From Cetorhinus maximus (lineage: Eukaryota), in contig NC_135903.1 of the NCBI RefSeq assembly GCF_964194155.1, positions 31,620,001 to 31,684,000 on the forward strand: DNA of 64,000 bases, written 5' to 3'. A model generated the notes under the pieces. The model was not told the DNA's origin. It made no database searches and was given only the letters and a program-made list of their open reading frames with translations. The position numbers and the translations under genes are program-made. The stretch's first letter is position 1. Each line of letters starts with the position of its first letter. Of the stretch, positions 12,940 to 26,273 are shown one piece after another.

Positions 12940-15900
12940 GTTGAAATGCCTGGAGACTCAAGATTTCAAATCTGTTACAGAAGCATAAGGTTTTACGTTA
13001 AACTCTTGCAGAAAATGTTTCCAATGTGCTGATGCCATCATGGATGGGAGTATAAACCATGGATTTTATTTTGCTCTGTTTACTAATGTTGATGTAAATG
13101 CAGGTGTAGGAATAAAGGAGGTTAGTGTCGTGCAATCACATTGATGTTTCCACCAACATTATTGTTGATATTGTTTGAATGGTAGATCTTTGTTAACCAA
13201 AGATATTAAGGGATCTCGGGTAAAGGTGGGTACATACAGTTAGGTTAGAGATCAGCTATGATCTCACTGAATGATAGAACAAGCTTGAGGGGCTAAATGG
13301 CCTCCTCCTGTTACTATGTTCCTTCTTATGTTCTTTACCATGGGCTAAACACACCCGATGTTATCGTCCCCCAATTTACTCCTCCCCTTTCCAGATGGTC
13401 CCCTTGATGGAGTATAGCCCAATGTGAGCTAGCTACCCTCCCATCATATGGCTTTCTTCATCTGTGATTTTCTTTTGCTTCCTAGCCCATCAGCATTGAA
13501 GCCAATACAGTGCTCAAACTGTGAGCAGCTCATTTAGCATAGATCAGGGCTGAAAACTCTGATCCATGTTGTTACAACCACAGCCAACGTTATTCACTGA
13601 GCAAGCCAAATCCCAGAGGGGAAACTTGTCTTACTGATCATAGCTTTTTTTTTGTATTTTGAAAACGAGGGGAAAACTACTGATTCTAGAAGCATAGAAT
13701 CCCAGTAACACTTTTAGAATTTTAAAATGAAAAGATTAATTAATAAAAAGAAAAAAAAACTTAAGCACACAAGATTAAAATTACACAGTTAAAACAGTCT
13801 TACCAAATATTCCTAAAAAAAAAACCCACTTGGTCAGAACACACAAGTAAACTACTTGGCAGCAGCTCCCTTACAGATTTTTAACCATAAAATCCAGTAA
13901 TATTACCCAAAGCAAAAACTGCTGCTACTTTAGTAAAGTATACCGCATAACTTTTCAATCTCTTCCACTCTGCTGTGGAAATCTGAGAAAGTTCAGAAAC
14001 AGACTGCCTTTTAAAGACAAAGAATTCTCTGTCTGGAAACTGGATGGCTGCTTCAAATTCACAACTTTTCTCAGCACAGAGCTGGTCTCAGGACATCTCC
14101 CCCACAGCCACCTCAACTCAACTAAACATCTTTCTACAAATATCTTTTTTTTCCTTTCATCTTAGACTTCATTGTTGTAAGCGCCTTTGAACTCATCTTT
14201 TTCCAAAATGTAAAAATCTTTCATGTCTTCCTATTGCCTCCACTTGCAGGTCAAATAAAATTTAATAACCTTCCCTTGTGTACTTACAAAATCTTTGTAA
14301 GTTGTAAAAGTCCCTCGTCACTTCTAAACTACCCTTTGAAATTTAACAGCTAAAAAGTCAAGCCCCTACCTATCACCTAAAGCAAATTTCAAAGTCCAAC
14401 CTATTTACACTGGTCTGTGTGATGCTGTTCCAGGTCTGTGATTCATCCAGACCTCCTACAGCAGAATTTGGACTGTGCTTCTAAATCAGAGTTACTTACA
14501 ATTTTGAGAGACTGACAGATTCTGCACAAATTGCAGCTGCCAGTTTTTGTCATATGAATAGTGATTTAAAGTTTTTATTTGAGGCTGATGTTTGCCAGTG
14601 TTTGAAGGATCTAAGCTCAAAACTCAGCCTGGAGCAACACTGAATTTATCTATCCCCATACCAACGATTTGCAAAGTCTAATCCAGATAGCTGGGCAGTA
14701 CACTTTAAATATTAATTTTGATTTTAAAATTTGCAGTGTATCTTGCACAACTTAATATTAATCTTGAATTTACACATTTTATAAATCAGGCTTCTAGATT
14801 ACTCATCTATGATAGGAAAGGTTCAGCAGAGATTACGATATTTAAGACCTTATTTAACTAAGAAGCTAAATTTTACTCTCAAAAAATGCAGGACACAAAA
14901 ATTACTGCATAGGCCCAATCATTCCTTTCATTCAAATTTAGGAAAAGCAATGAACACTGTAGCACACATAAAAACAACAGCAATACAACTCATACCAAAT
15001 AATTTGCAATAACGTGGACTCTTTTGCCCTCACAATATTGATGGGCCATTTTCTTGATTAAGTAGAGGTTGCCTCCTGGTAATGGTATCATTCCATATGG
15101 TATTACAATGTGACTGGGGGGGGGGACAATATTTTTACACTATGCTGTATGTAATTAAATGGATTAAGAACAGAAATATCTAATGTACACTAGTGATAAC
15201 ACTGGCAACTATCAACAGCGCCCAACTAGTTTGTCCAGTTTCTTTTGATGGACATTTCCCCTCCCCACTTCCCTACATTTTATATAAAATGAGCTTGCCC
15301 TAGCACAAATTGGATGGTGTTACAATATTTCAACGTAAAAAGATTATTCTTAGTTTCTAACAAAACATACACCAAATCAAGTCAGCCCAAAATTAAGTTA
15401 TCGAGACATACATACCAGGATGTCCCATCCAATCCCAGTATTCCTGGTTTGGAGGACAGGATTACCCTAGGTGCCCATTCCCAATTCTTATTGTTCCAAT
15501 GATCATGTTTATAAGTTTGTTTTGTATTTGGACTGTGCTTTTAATTTAAATTAAAATGAAGGGGGTTATGTGACCTGTTTTGAAGTCTGCCTGACAGCAA
15601 GCCTGGGTGGTTTGATTGTTAGACATTAAATGGGGCCAAGATTGTTTTACTGGGAAGAAGGTGCACGATGTTTACACTTGAAGACAATGGCAGCAGCCTG
15701 TGTGCTAACAATGAATAAATTGAGAGTCTCCAAAGTCCCTGAAAAGTGTTGAGAATATTGGGTGTAAACAGTTGTGCTTTAAACTGACCATTTAGTTCCA
15801 AGCTAAAAGAGACTTGCACTCTCAAGTATAGCTAATCAGCATTTCTACCTGGATATGAGGCCCAGGTGAATCATGTTGTCATGGAAATGGGCTGTGAGAG

Positions 15901-16103
15901 GAGATGAGTTTCTAAGCTACCTCTGAAAATTCACAGACACAGTTAGTTTGCCCGGATCCAAGAGAGGCAAAGCAGCTACAGCTACAAGCAAGACCTTGCA
16001 GTTCATTGTGCAGGAATGTGGGTGGGAGCTCGCAATCAGATTGGAAAGAACAAATCTTTGGAGAGTTAAAATAAGGCTGGAGGATTTGCCTAGCTTTAAC
16101 CAT

Positions 16104-19100
16104 GGGGTGGCAGTGGTGTAGTGTTATTGTCGCTGGACTAGTAATTCAGAGACCTCAGGGTAATGCTTTAGGGACCCAGGTCTGAATCCCACCACAACAG
16201 TTGGTGGAATTTGAATTAAATAAAAATCTGGAATTAAAAGTCTAATGATGACCATGAAACCAGTCAATTGTCATAAAAACCCATCTGGTTCACTAATGCC
16301 GTCCTTATCTGGTCTGGCCTACATGTGACTCCAGACCCACAGCAATATGGTTGACTCTTAACTGCCCTCTGAAATGGCCAAGCAAGCCACTCAGTTGTAT
16401 CAATCTGCTAAAAATTCCTAAAAAACAGGAATGGAACTGGACGGACCACCCAACATCGACCTGGGCACTGGAAATGATAGCGGCAAATTTAGCCCTGTTG
16501 ACCATGCAAAGTCCTCCTCATTAACATCTGGTGGCTAGTGCCAAAATTGGGAGAGCTGTCTCACAGACTAGTCAAGCAACAGCCTGGCATAGTCATGTTC
16601 ACGGAATCATATCTAACAGACAATGCCCCAGAAACCACCATCACCATCCCTGGGTATGCCCTGTCCTACTGGCAGGACTGACCCAACAAAGGTGGCAGCA
16701 CAGTGGTATACAGTTGGCAGGGAGTTGCCCTGGGTATCCTCAACATTGACTTGTGGCATCAGATCAAACATGAGCAAGGAAACCTCCTGTTGATTACCAC
16801 GTACCGCCACCCCCCGCACCACACCCCCTCAGCTAATGAATCAATATTCCTCCATGTTGAACATCACTTGGAGGAAGCATTGAGGGTGGCAAGGGCACAA
16901 AATGTACTCTGGGTGGGAGACTTCAATGTCCATCACCAAGAGTGGCTCAGTAGCACCACTGCTGACCAAGCTGGCCAAGTCCTAAAGGACATAGCTGCTA
17001 GACTGGGCCTGAGGCAGGCAGTGAGGGAACCAACAAGAGTGAAAAACATACTTGACCTCACCAACCTGCTTGCCACAGGTGCATCTGTCCATGACAGTAT
17101 TAGTAGGAGTAACCATTGCACAGTCCCGTCTTCACATTGAGGATACCCTCCATTGTGTTGTGTGGCACTACCACTGTGCTAAATGGAATAGATTTCAAAC
17201 AGATCCAGCAACTCAATACTGGCACCATGTGGGCCATCAGCAACAGCAGAATTGTACTCAACCACAATATGTAATCCTATGGCCCAGCTTATCCCTAACT
17301 CTACCATTACCATCAACGCAGGGGATCAACCCTGGTTCAGAGTGCAGGAGGGCATGCTAGGTGCAGCACCAGGCATACCTCAAAATGAGATGTCAGCCTG
17401 GTGAAGCTACAACACAGGACTACATGCGTGACAAACAGCATAAGCAGCAAGTGACAGACAGCTAAACAATTCAACAACCAACGGATCAGAGCTCAGCTCT
17501 GCAGTCCTACCACATCCAGTCGTGAATGGTGGTGGATAATTAAACAATTGGAGGAGGAGGGTCCACAAATAACCCCACCCTCAATGATGGGGGAACCCAG
17601 CACATCAGTGCAAAAGATAAGGCTGAAGCATTTGCTTTAATCTTCAACCAGAAGTGCCGAGTGGATGATCCATCTCGGCCTCCTCTGGAGGCAATGCATC
17701 ACAGATGCCAGTCTTCAGCCAATTTGATTCACTCCACGTGATATCAAGAAATGGCTGAAGACACTGGATACTGCAAAGGCTATGGGTCCTGGCAACTTTC
17801 CGGCAATAGTATTGAAGACTTGCATCCAGAACTTGCCGTGCCCCTAGCCAAGCTGTTCCAGTACAGCTACAACACGAGCATCTACACAGCAATGTGGAAA
17901 ATTGCCCATTTATATCTTCTACATGAAAAGCAGGACAAATCCAACCTGGTCAATTTACACCCCATCAGTCTACTCTCCATCGTCAGTAAAGTGATGAAAG
18001 GGGGCATCAACAGTGCTATCAAGCGACATTTGCTCAGCAATAACCTGCTCACTGACGCTCAGTTTGGGCTCCGCCAGGGAAATTTAGCTCCTGACCTCAT
18101 TATAGCCTTGGTTCAAACATGGACAAAAGAGCTGAACTCCAGAGTTGAGATGAGAATGACTGCCCTTGACATCAAGGCAGCATTTGACCAAGTGCTCTAG
18201 CAAAACTGGAGTCAATGGGAATCAGGTGAAAATCTCTGCTAGTTGGTGTCATACCTAGCACAAAGGAATATGGCTGTGGTTGTTGGAGGTCAATCATCCC
18301 AGTAACGGGACATCACTGCAGGAGTTCCTCAGGGTAGTGTCCTCGGCCCAACAATCTTCAGCTGCTTCATCAATCAGCTTCCTTCCATCATAATATCAGA
18401 AGTGGGGATTTTCGCTGGTGATTGCACAATGCTCAACACCATTCACGACTCCTCAGATCTTGAAGCAGTCCATGTCCAAATGCAGCAAGACCTGAACAAT
18501 ATCCAGGCTTGGGCTGACAAGTGACAAGTAATATTTGTGCCAGGCAATGACCATCTCCAGCAAGAGAGAATCCAACCATCGCCCCTTGACATTCAATGGC
18601 ATTACCATCGCTGAATCCCCCACTATCAACATCCTGGGGGTTACCATTGACCAGAAACTGAACTGGACTATCCATATAAATACTGTGGCTACAACAGCAG
18701 GTCAGAGGCTAGGAATCCTGTCGTGAGTAACCCACCTCCTGACTCCCCAAAGCCTGTCCACCATCTGCAAGGCACAAGACAGGAGTGTGATGGAATACTA
18801 TCCAGTTACCAGGATGAGTGTTAGCTCCAACAAAACTCAAGAAGCTTGACACCATCCAGGACAAAACAACCCTCTTGATTGGCACTCCATCCACAAACAT
18901 TCACTCCCTCCACCACCGACACACAAGGGCAGCAGTGTGTACCATCTACAAGATGCACTTGGCAGGAACTCACCAAGCCTCCTTAGATAGCACCTTCCAA
19001 ACCCATGACTGCTACCATCTAGAAGGACTAGAAGGGCAGCAGACACATGGGAACGCCACCACCTGGAAGTTCCCCTCCAAGCCACTCACCATCCTGACAT

Positions 19101-19303
19101 GGAAATATATCCCTGTTCCTTCACTGTCGTTTGGGTCAAAATTCTGGGACTCCCTCACTATCAGCACTGTGGATGTACCTACACCAAATGGACTGCAGTG
19201 GTTCAAGAAGGCAGCTCACCACCACCTTTTCAAGGGCAATTAAGGATGGGCAATAAATGCTGGCCTAGCCAACAAAACCCACACCCCATAAATGAATAAA
19301 AAA
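16104..19303 (+). mobile_element. Near full-length decayed APE-type non-LTR retrotransposon with a tRNA-like 5' head
   Basis: Endonuclease VLWVGDFNVHHQEW; RT motifs PISLLSIVSKVM, QFGLR, LDIKAAFD, GVPQGSVLGP; 3' tail ending atgaataaaaaa. Family copies at 26274-27715, 37700-38100, 41410-43195 and 60270-61140. Confidence 0.88.
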
Positions 19304-19467
19304 GGCTCCAGCAAAACTCGCAGCTTGAAAGACAGTTCTGGAGTTTAAAAGTTTCCAGGCTGGAAAGAAAGAGATTGGAACTTGGGAGTTACGAATCATA
19401 TTGGGCTGGTTCTGCGAGAATCGAATGTCTACATAAAAGACACTATAACGAATACCTGATATTGGTT

Positions 19468-20792
19468 AAAAACAAAAAGCTAAAAGCTACTGCAGATGCT
19501 GGAAATCCAAAACAAAAACAGAATTACCTGGAAAAACTCAGCAGGTCTGGCAGCATCGGTGGAGAAGAAATCAGTTAACGTTTCGAGGCTTCACGGCCCT
19601 TCGGCAGAACTGAAGCATAGTTAGGAGAGGGGAGAAATATAAGCTGGTTTAAGGTGGGGGGGCGGGGGGAGAGAGAAGTTGAGGGTGTGGTGATTGTGGA
19701 GATAAGCAAGCAGTGATAGGAGCAGATAATCAAAAGATGTCACAGACAAAAGGATCATAGAGGTGTTGAAGGTGGTGATATTTGTCTAAGAAAAGTGCTA
19801 ATTAAGAATGGAAGACAGGATACTCAAAGTACAGCTCTAGTGGGGGTGGGGTGGAAAGACTAACAAGGTTTTAGTTTTAGATTTAAAAATAATGGAAATA
19901 GGTGGGGAAAAGAAGATCTCAGAAGATGCAACACCTGCCCCTTCACTTCCTCTCTCCTCACCGTCCAAGGGCCCAAACACTCCTTTCAAGTGAAGCAGCA
20001 TTTCACTTGCATTTCCCCTAACTTAGTCTACTGCATTCATTGCTCCCAATGCGGTCTCCTCTACATTGGAGAGACCAAACGCAAACTGGGCGACCGTTTT
20101 GCGGAACACCTGCGGTCTGTCCGCAAGAAAGACCCAAACCTCCCTGTCACTTGCCATTTTAACACTCCACCCTGTTCTCTTGCCCACATGTCTGTCCTTG
20201 GCTTGCTGCATTGTTCCAGTGAAGCCCAACGCAAACTGGAGGAACAGCACCTCATCTTCCGACTAGGCACTTTACAGCCTTCCGGGCTGAATATTGAATT
20301 CAACAACTTTAGATCTTAAACTCCCCCTCCCCCCATCCCTACCCCGGTTCTCCCCCCTCCCCCTTTTTTTTTCAATAATTTATATAGATTCTTCTTTCCC
20401 CACCTATTTCCATTATTTTTAAATCTATAACTAAAACCTTGTTAGTCTTTCCACCCCACCCCCACTAGAGCTGTACCTTGAGTGTCCTGTCTTCCATTCT
20501 TAATTAGCACTTTTCTTAGACAAATATCACCACCTTCAACACCTCTTTGATCCTTTTGTCTGTGACATCTTTTGATTATCTGCTCCTATCACTGCTTGCT
20601 TATCTCCACAATCACCACACCCTCAACTTCTCTCTCCCCCCGCCCCCCCACCTTAAACCAGCTTATATTTCTCCCCTCTCCTAATTATGCTTCAGTTCTG
20701 CCGAAGGGCCGTGAAGGCTCGAAACGTTAACTGATTTCTTCTCCACCGATGCTGCCAGACCTGCTGAGTTTTTCCAGGTAATTCTGTTTTTG
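19468..20792 (+). mobile_element. Penelope-like element: inverted pLTR, GIY-YIG fragment, pLTR, with a 15-bp TSD
   Basis: GIY-YIG ORF 19990-20319. About 400-bp near-perfect inverted repeat (19513-19915 vs 20390-20792). TSD TACCTGATATTGGTT at 19453-19467 and 20793-20807. Confidence 0.9.
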
Positions 20793-21693
20793 TACCTGAT
20801 ATTGGTTTATGTTTTGGTTATGTTTAAGTTCTGTTCTGTAATTTAAAGCATATGTTACCTCCAAAAATAATGTTTAGAGATTAGTACTTTCAATCTGTTT
20901 GTTACAGTAAACATCTTAAAACTTGAAATCTTGTGTCAACCTTCCAGCTATTAACTAGAAGTTCGAATTTCTTTTTAAAAGTTATCAGGGATGGTAATAT
21001 TGTTCAGAGATCCCAGATGGAGATATTTAAACATGAGTGCAGAACTGAGCTCAGATGTGATGTCCTTTGTGGTTTGATGCTCTGCTCTAATGCCGAAAAT
21101 TTTGAGGGCAAGTCGAATACCCGTCCCTAATGGAAACGTAACCAAGATTAACACTTGCAGAGATGTTTGTTGCTCGAGGAAGGGTCATACGGACTGGAAA
21201 CGTTAACTCTGTTTCTCTCTCCACAGATTCTGCTAAACCTGCTGAGTTTTTGCAGCATTTTCGGTTTCAGTTTCAGATGTTTGTTTTTTTTTGGGGGGGG
21301 GGGTGAAGGGAATAGAGGAGCGCTGAATAGAGGAGGGGCAAATAGAGGAGGGATAGAGAGATAGGGAACAGGAATAAGAGCGGGGTGGAGGGGAATTAAA
21401 GGGGAAATGATAAAGGGGGGAGGACAGAGATGGGGGAGGGAGGGATATGGAAGGATGGGAATGGGTGGGGGGGTGGTGAGCGAGCACAGTCCGGGGAGGA
21501 AACCAAGATACCAGAAACTCTACCGTGTTGTCACAGAGAGGAAAAAATATACACCTTAAAGAGAATGTATCATTTTTACAATGAGATACTGTACAAAGGA
21601 AAGAACGTCGGCTGCACTTTATACAAACAGGTTTGTTTCTAGCTATTTTTCATACAGGTTATGAAATGTAATATTAAAATAACGATCACCACC

Positions 21694-21710
21694 ACTTTCA
21701 CTTTCGTTTC
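21694..21710 (-). promoter_or_regulatory. ISRE / IRF-binding element near the IFI35 5' end
   Basis: Minus strand GAAACGAAAGTGAAAGT: three GAAA cores matching the IRF-E/ISRE consensus, upstream of an interferon-induced gene. Confidence 0.7.
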
Positions 21711-22075
21711 TTTGGTAAAAGCATCGAATCTAACATCGTTTCTACTGTTTCTTCACCAAAACTAAAATTCTCCAGTTTACTGAAGAACACAAGACCACTC
21801 CCCACCCCGCAAAAAACATATAAAACCCGGAGTTCACTGACTTTCCCAAGGACTAGTTGTGGAACTGGAAAGCTGTTAAGCTTCCGTATTTTTTCTCGTG
21901 TAGATATTGCGCTCTTACTAAATAAAAGATACTAAATACACAACATTTCTGCCAACCTGTTCACTATTAATGAGTCGAGGGAGAATGAGGAACCCCCTCC
22001 CTCCCCTCTTCTTACCATAAAACCAACCCTCAGCACGAAGAAGAGCAACTCTTGACAGTTCCGCTCCCCAGCTCT

Positions 22076-22093
22076 TTACGGGAAACTGAAACT
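22076..22093. promoter_or_regulatory. Overlapping GAS and ISRE composite element, candidate IFI35 promoter
   Basis: TTACGGGAAACTGAAACT. GAS is TTCCCGTAA on the minus strand (22076-22084); ISRE is GGGAAACTGAAACT (22080-22093). A strong minus-strand donor TTATG|gtaag lies at 22011-22020. Confidence 0.75.
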
Positions 22094-24869
22094 CACTGGG
22101 TGACGGCGGTACTATGGTAAAAATCCTCCTTCACCAAAGGCGGAGCCTGGCAGTAGATTCAAATCCTGCTTCAAACCCAGGTGCCCCCCCCCTCCCCCCC
22201 AATGATGTTAGACCATCTCTGTAATCAGTAATAAATCATTCCCCAAATCCCCTTCAAGGTCACCTCTTGTGTTTAAAATCACAAAGGGTGTAGATAGGGT
22301 AAATGAGGAGTGGTAGAGTCAGAACCAGAGGTATTGATTCAAGGTGATTGGCAGAAGAACCAGAGGTGACATGAGAAACACAGAGGAACATTTAGCTCTT
22401 CAGCCTATTCTGCCATTCAATGAGATCAAGGCTGATCTCTGACATAACTCTATATATTTGCCTTTCCCCCATTTCCTTTAACAGCCTTTGGTTAGCATAA
22501 ATAATCTGATTTAAAATTAAAAATTGACCTAGTATCAATTGCTGTTTACAGGGGAAAAACTTTTCTATGCAACAAGTGGCTAGGATTTTGAATGCACTTC
22601 CTGACAGGATATAATTTAAATAATAGGCTTCGATAAGGACATTGAATAAATACTTCATGTAGAAAAAAAAGTGCAGGGATATGGGGGAAAAAATCACAGC
22701 AATTGGACTAAGTTGCATTGTTCTTCAAAAGAACCAGTACAGACTCGATGGGCTGAATGACCTTCTATGCTGTACTATTCTAAGATTCTCTGAACTAGCA
22801 TTAGCATTGTTATGATCCCAGCTGATGTTACTATTGGACAGGCCTGATTGAGGGGTGGAAGCTGGCTTGATCAATCCTAACTTTTATTTTTTGTTTAGAT
22901 ACGTGGACAGTGGCTGCTGAACCAGGTGTCAGCTGGCAAACTTTTAACAAATGAATAAAACAGTTATTAAACCAGATAAGATTAACTTTATTCACACACA
23001 ACCATACCTTTACAGATATATACAGATTTGCAAGGATAACACAAGCTACAAAAGTTATCTTATACTCTTTAGGTTCACAGTAAGTACAAAGTCCATATAA
23101 ACCAATAGGTGACCTGTGGGCAGACATACCACACTCTGGAATTAAGTGACAGATGGCACCCCAAGCTATGAATCCCTCATCAACTCCATCCAGACGCTTG
23201 TCACTGTGAGCCAACCGGTCTCACTGAACTTCTCGTCTTTCACCTGAGTGTTTCCAATCTCCACTCGCAAAGAACTCGCTCTGGAATCTTCTCCCAAACG
23301 ATGCTTTCTCTCAGACGCCTTCCATGAGGGTCCACCTCCAGGGTTTCAAACTCTCCTTCCGATGTTTCTTTCCCCCGGATCACCATGTGCATTCAAGTTT
23401 CTTTCCATAGAACCATAGAAAAGTTACAGCACAGAAGGAGGCCATTCGGCCCTTCTTGCCCATGCCAGCCCGAGGATGCCCAGGTGCCCTTTCTAATCCC
23501 ACCTTCCTGCACCCGACCCATAGCCCTGCAGCTTACAGCATTTTTGATGCAGATCCAGGTACTTTTTAAAAGAGTTTAAAGTTTCTGCCTCTACCACCAA
23601 CTTGGGCAGCGAATTCCAGACACCCACTACCCTCTGCATAAAAAAGTTCTTCCTTATGTCCCCTTCTGGATCTCCTCTCTTTTCCAACCTAATTCTCCTC
23701 TCACGCCCCCAACCTCTCTCCTCCTCCCGTTTGTTCTCTTCTCCTTTCACAATCCTCCTCCCATCCCGTATGGCTGCAATGTACTGAGCCAGAACACAAT
23801 TCAATGTGGCACACCTACTGTGGTACTTAATAATTCCTATAATTTCTTCCGGCCTGTTACCACCCTGGTCCTGACAGCTAAAGATGGCCAGTCGAAGCTG
23901 GAATTTGAACTCCTCTCATTGTGATATTTAACACATCTTCTTTACTTTCTATTTATATAGATTAATGGAGTAATTTACAGCACAGAAGGAGGCTATTCAG
24001 TGCATTTTCCATGCACTCTCTCTCACTGACTCAGACATGCAAACAGAACACCACTGCTTCACATGCCCATGGTAAAGAGTTACAGACCTTCAGCTGTCTC
24101 CTTGGATGTTCTGGCTTCTGTTTAGTTTTAAGTCTGCTTCTTGCAGCTTCCTTCTCTTTATGCTTGAAGCTTGGAGCCTTCCTTTCTGCTCCTGACTTTC
24201 CTTTCCACAGAACAGAACCTTTTCCAGATTCCTGTCCTTGTCCTTTAGCTATCCTTAGCTACCCTCATGGGATCTTTCCTGTTCCACTTCGCTGGATTCA
24301 GGGAATTTCTTCTTTAGGTTCTGGAACCTGCTTTTGCAATGAGACCAGGGTGAAAAAAATCATCAGTAAGAGGTTACAATAACTTGCAGCTTAGTTTTTC
24401 AGAACCTGGGATATTAAATATTTTTTGATTCTGAAATGTATTGAAGGAATGAAATTCAGAAAACTTCATCTTACTACTCCTAATTTGTTCCTGCCATTTA
24501 ATAGCCCTTTTCCCTGGTTGCTGTAAAAGTTGTTAAATCTAAGATGTTGCTCATTTATAGAATCACAGAATGGAATCATTGAATAGTTACAGCACAGAAG
24601 GAGGCTTTTCGGCCCATCATGTCTATACCCACTCTCTGCAAGAGCAATTCACCTAGTGCTACTCCTGCACCTTTTCCCTGTGGACCTACAAACTTTTCCT
24701 TTTCAGGTAATGGTCCAATTTCCTTATGAAAGCCACGAGTGAATCTACCTCCACCACAGTCATGCAGTGCACTCCAGGTCCTATCCACTCGCTGCATACA
24801 AAAGCGTTTCCTCATGTTGCCATTGCTTGTTTTGCCCATTACTTTAGTCTGATGGCTTTTGATGCTTCC

Positions 24870-25534
24870 AACATAGAATCATAGAAAGTTCACAGCACAG
24901 AAAGAGTCCACTTGTTCCATTGTGTCTACGCTGGGTGAAAAATGAGCCACCCAGCCTAATCCCACTTTCCAGCATTTGGTCCGTAGCCCTGCAGATTACA
25001 GCACTTCAGGTGCATATCCAGACACCTTTTAAATGAGTTGAGGGTTTCTGCCTTTATTACTCTCAGACAGTGAGTTCCAGACCCCTACAACCCACTGGGT
25101 GATTTCCTCATCTCCCCTCTAATCCTTCTACCAATCACTTTAAATCTATGCCCCCTAGTCACTGACCTCTCTGCTAAAGTAAATAGGCCCCTGCCATCCA
25201 CTCTGTCCAGGTCCCTCACAGTTTTGTACATCTCAATCAAATCTCCCCTCAGCCTCCTTGGTTCCAAGGAGAACAACCCCAGCCTATCCAATCTTTCCTC
25301 ATAGCTGCAATTTTCCAGTCCTGGCAACATCCTCGTAAATCTCCCCTGTACCCTCTCTAATGCAGTTACATCCTTTCTGTAAGGAGGTGACCAGAACTGC
25401 ACAGAGTAGTTGTGGCCTAACTAATATTTTATATAGTTCCAGAGTAACCTCCCTGCTCTCATATTCTAAACCTCAGCTAATAAATTAAAGGATTCCATAC
25501 GCCTTCTTAACCACCTTGCCAACCTGACCTGCTA
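24870..25534 (-). mobile_element. CR1 LINE 3' part (host of the R2 insertion; continues at 30149)
   Basis: ORF 25085-25402 reads QFWSPPYRKDVTALERVQGRFTRMLPG...LGLFSLE.RRLRGDLIE. The reading frame AGQVGKVVKKAYG starts abruptly at 25534. Confidence 0.9.
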
Positions 25535-26273
25535 AGTAAAAGATTGATATAAAATATCTAATGCATATTTTGAGAGTTTATGTGTCTCAGCTGCAAAGCC
25601 TTGATTGGTAAAAGATACCTCATTCCCAGTGAAACACAGGGACGGGAGATATTAAAATGTAAAACCGGTGAAAATTATAAAATCTTTGTTGCCACAGGAC
25701 TAACCTAAGCGAGAACTGGGTACGTGAACTAGGGAAAAATTTGTTCAAATTGACAAGCAGATAAGGATCCCTCATCATTTCAAGTGTGATGTTATCAAAT
25801 GGAAATGATAAAATGAAATAAACAGTTTTATTACTATAACAGATAAAAGTTAAAATGTAAAATCTAAAAATAAAGCATTTACAAATAAAAGGAAAAACAT
25901 AAAATATAAAAAGGATAGGCATGTGAAATCAATCGTCCATAAAAATTGGTACAATTTGTATCGCTAAAGCATCGCTAGTCGAGGGACTTGACTTGAAGTG
26001 ATCTACCTGTAAAAATCTCATTAAGGAATGATTTCGTTCATACCATTTACCTCAGGAACCGAGTACAAAACCAAAAAAATTCACATTCCGGCTACCGGTT
26101 AAGGATTTGATTTTGTCAGCCAAATGCTGATATTTCTTGATCTTCTCCTCCCAGGCCTTATCCAATGAGTTATTGGTCCTCAAATCTAATTGTAACATCA
26201 ACAACTGACACTTACAAAAGATTATATTGAGTTTGAAGAGTGATCCGTCATCAGTCCTGATATAAGTCTCCAA

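Noticed and set aside
13650-16100. Possible solo-LTR/ERV pieces (also at 19304-19452, 20808-21000, 22808-23400 and 24010-24540)
   Set aside because: LTR-like composition, but I could not define termini, TSDs or coding motifs.
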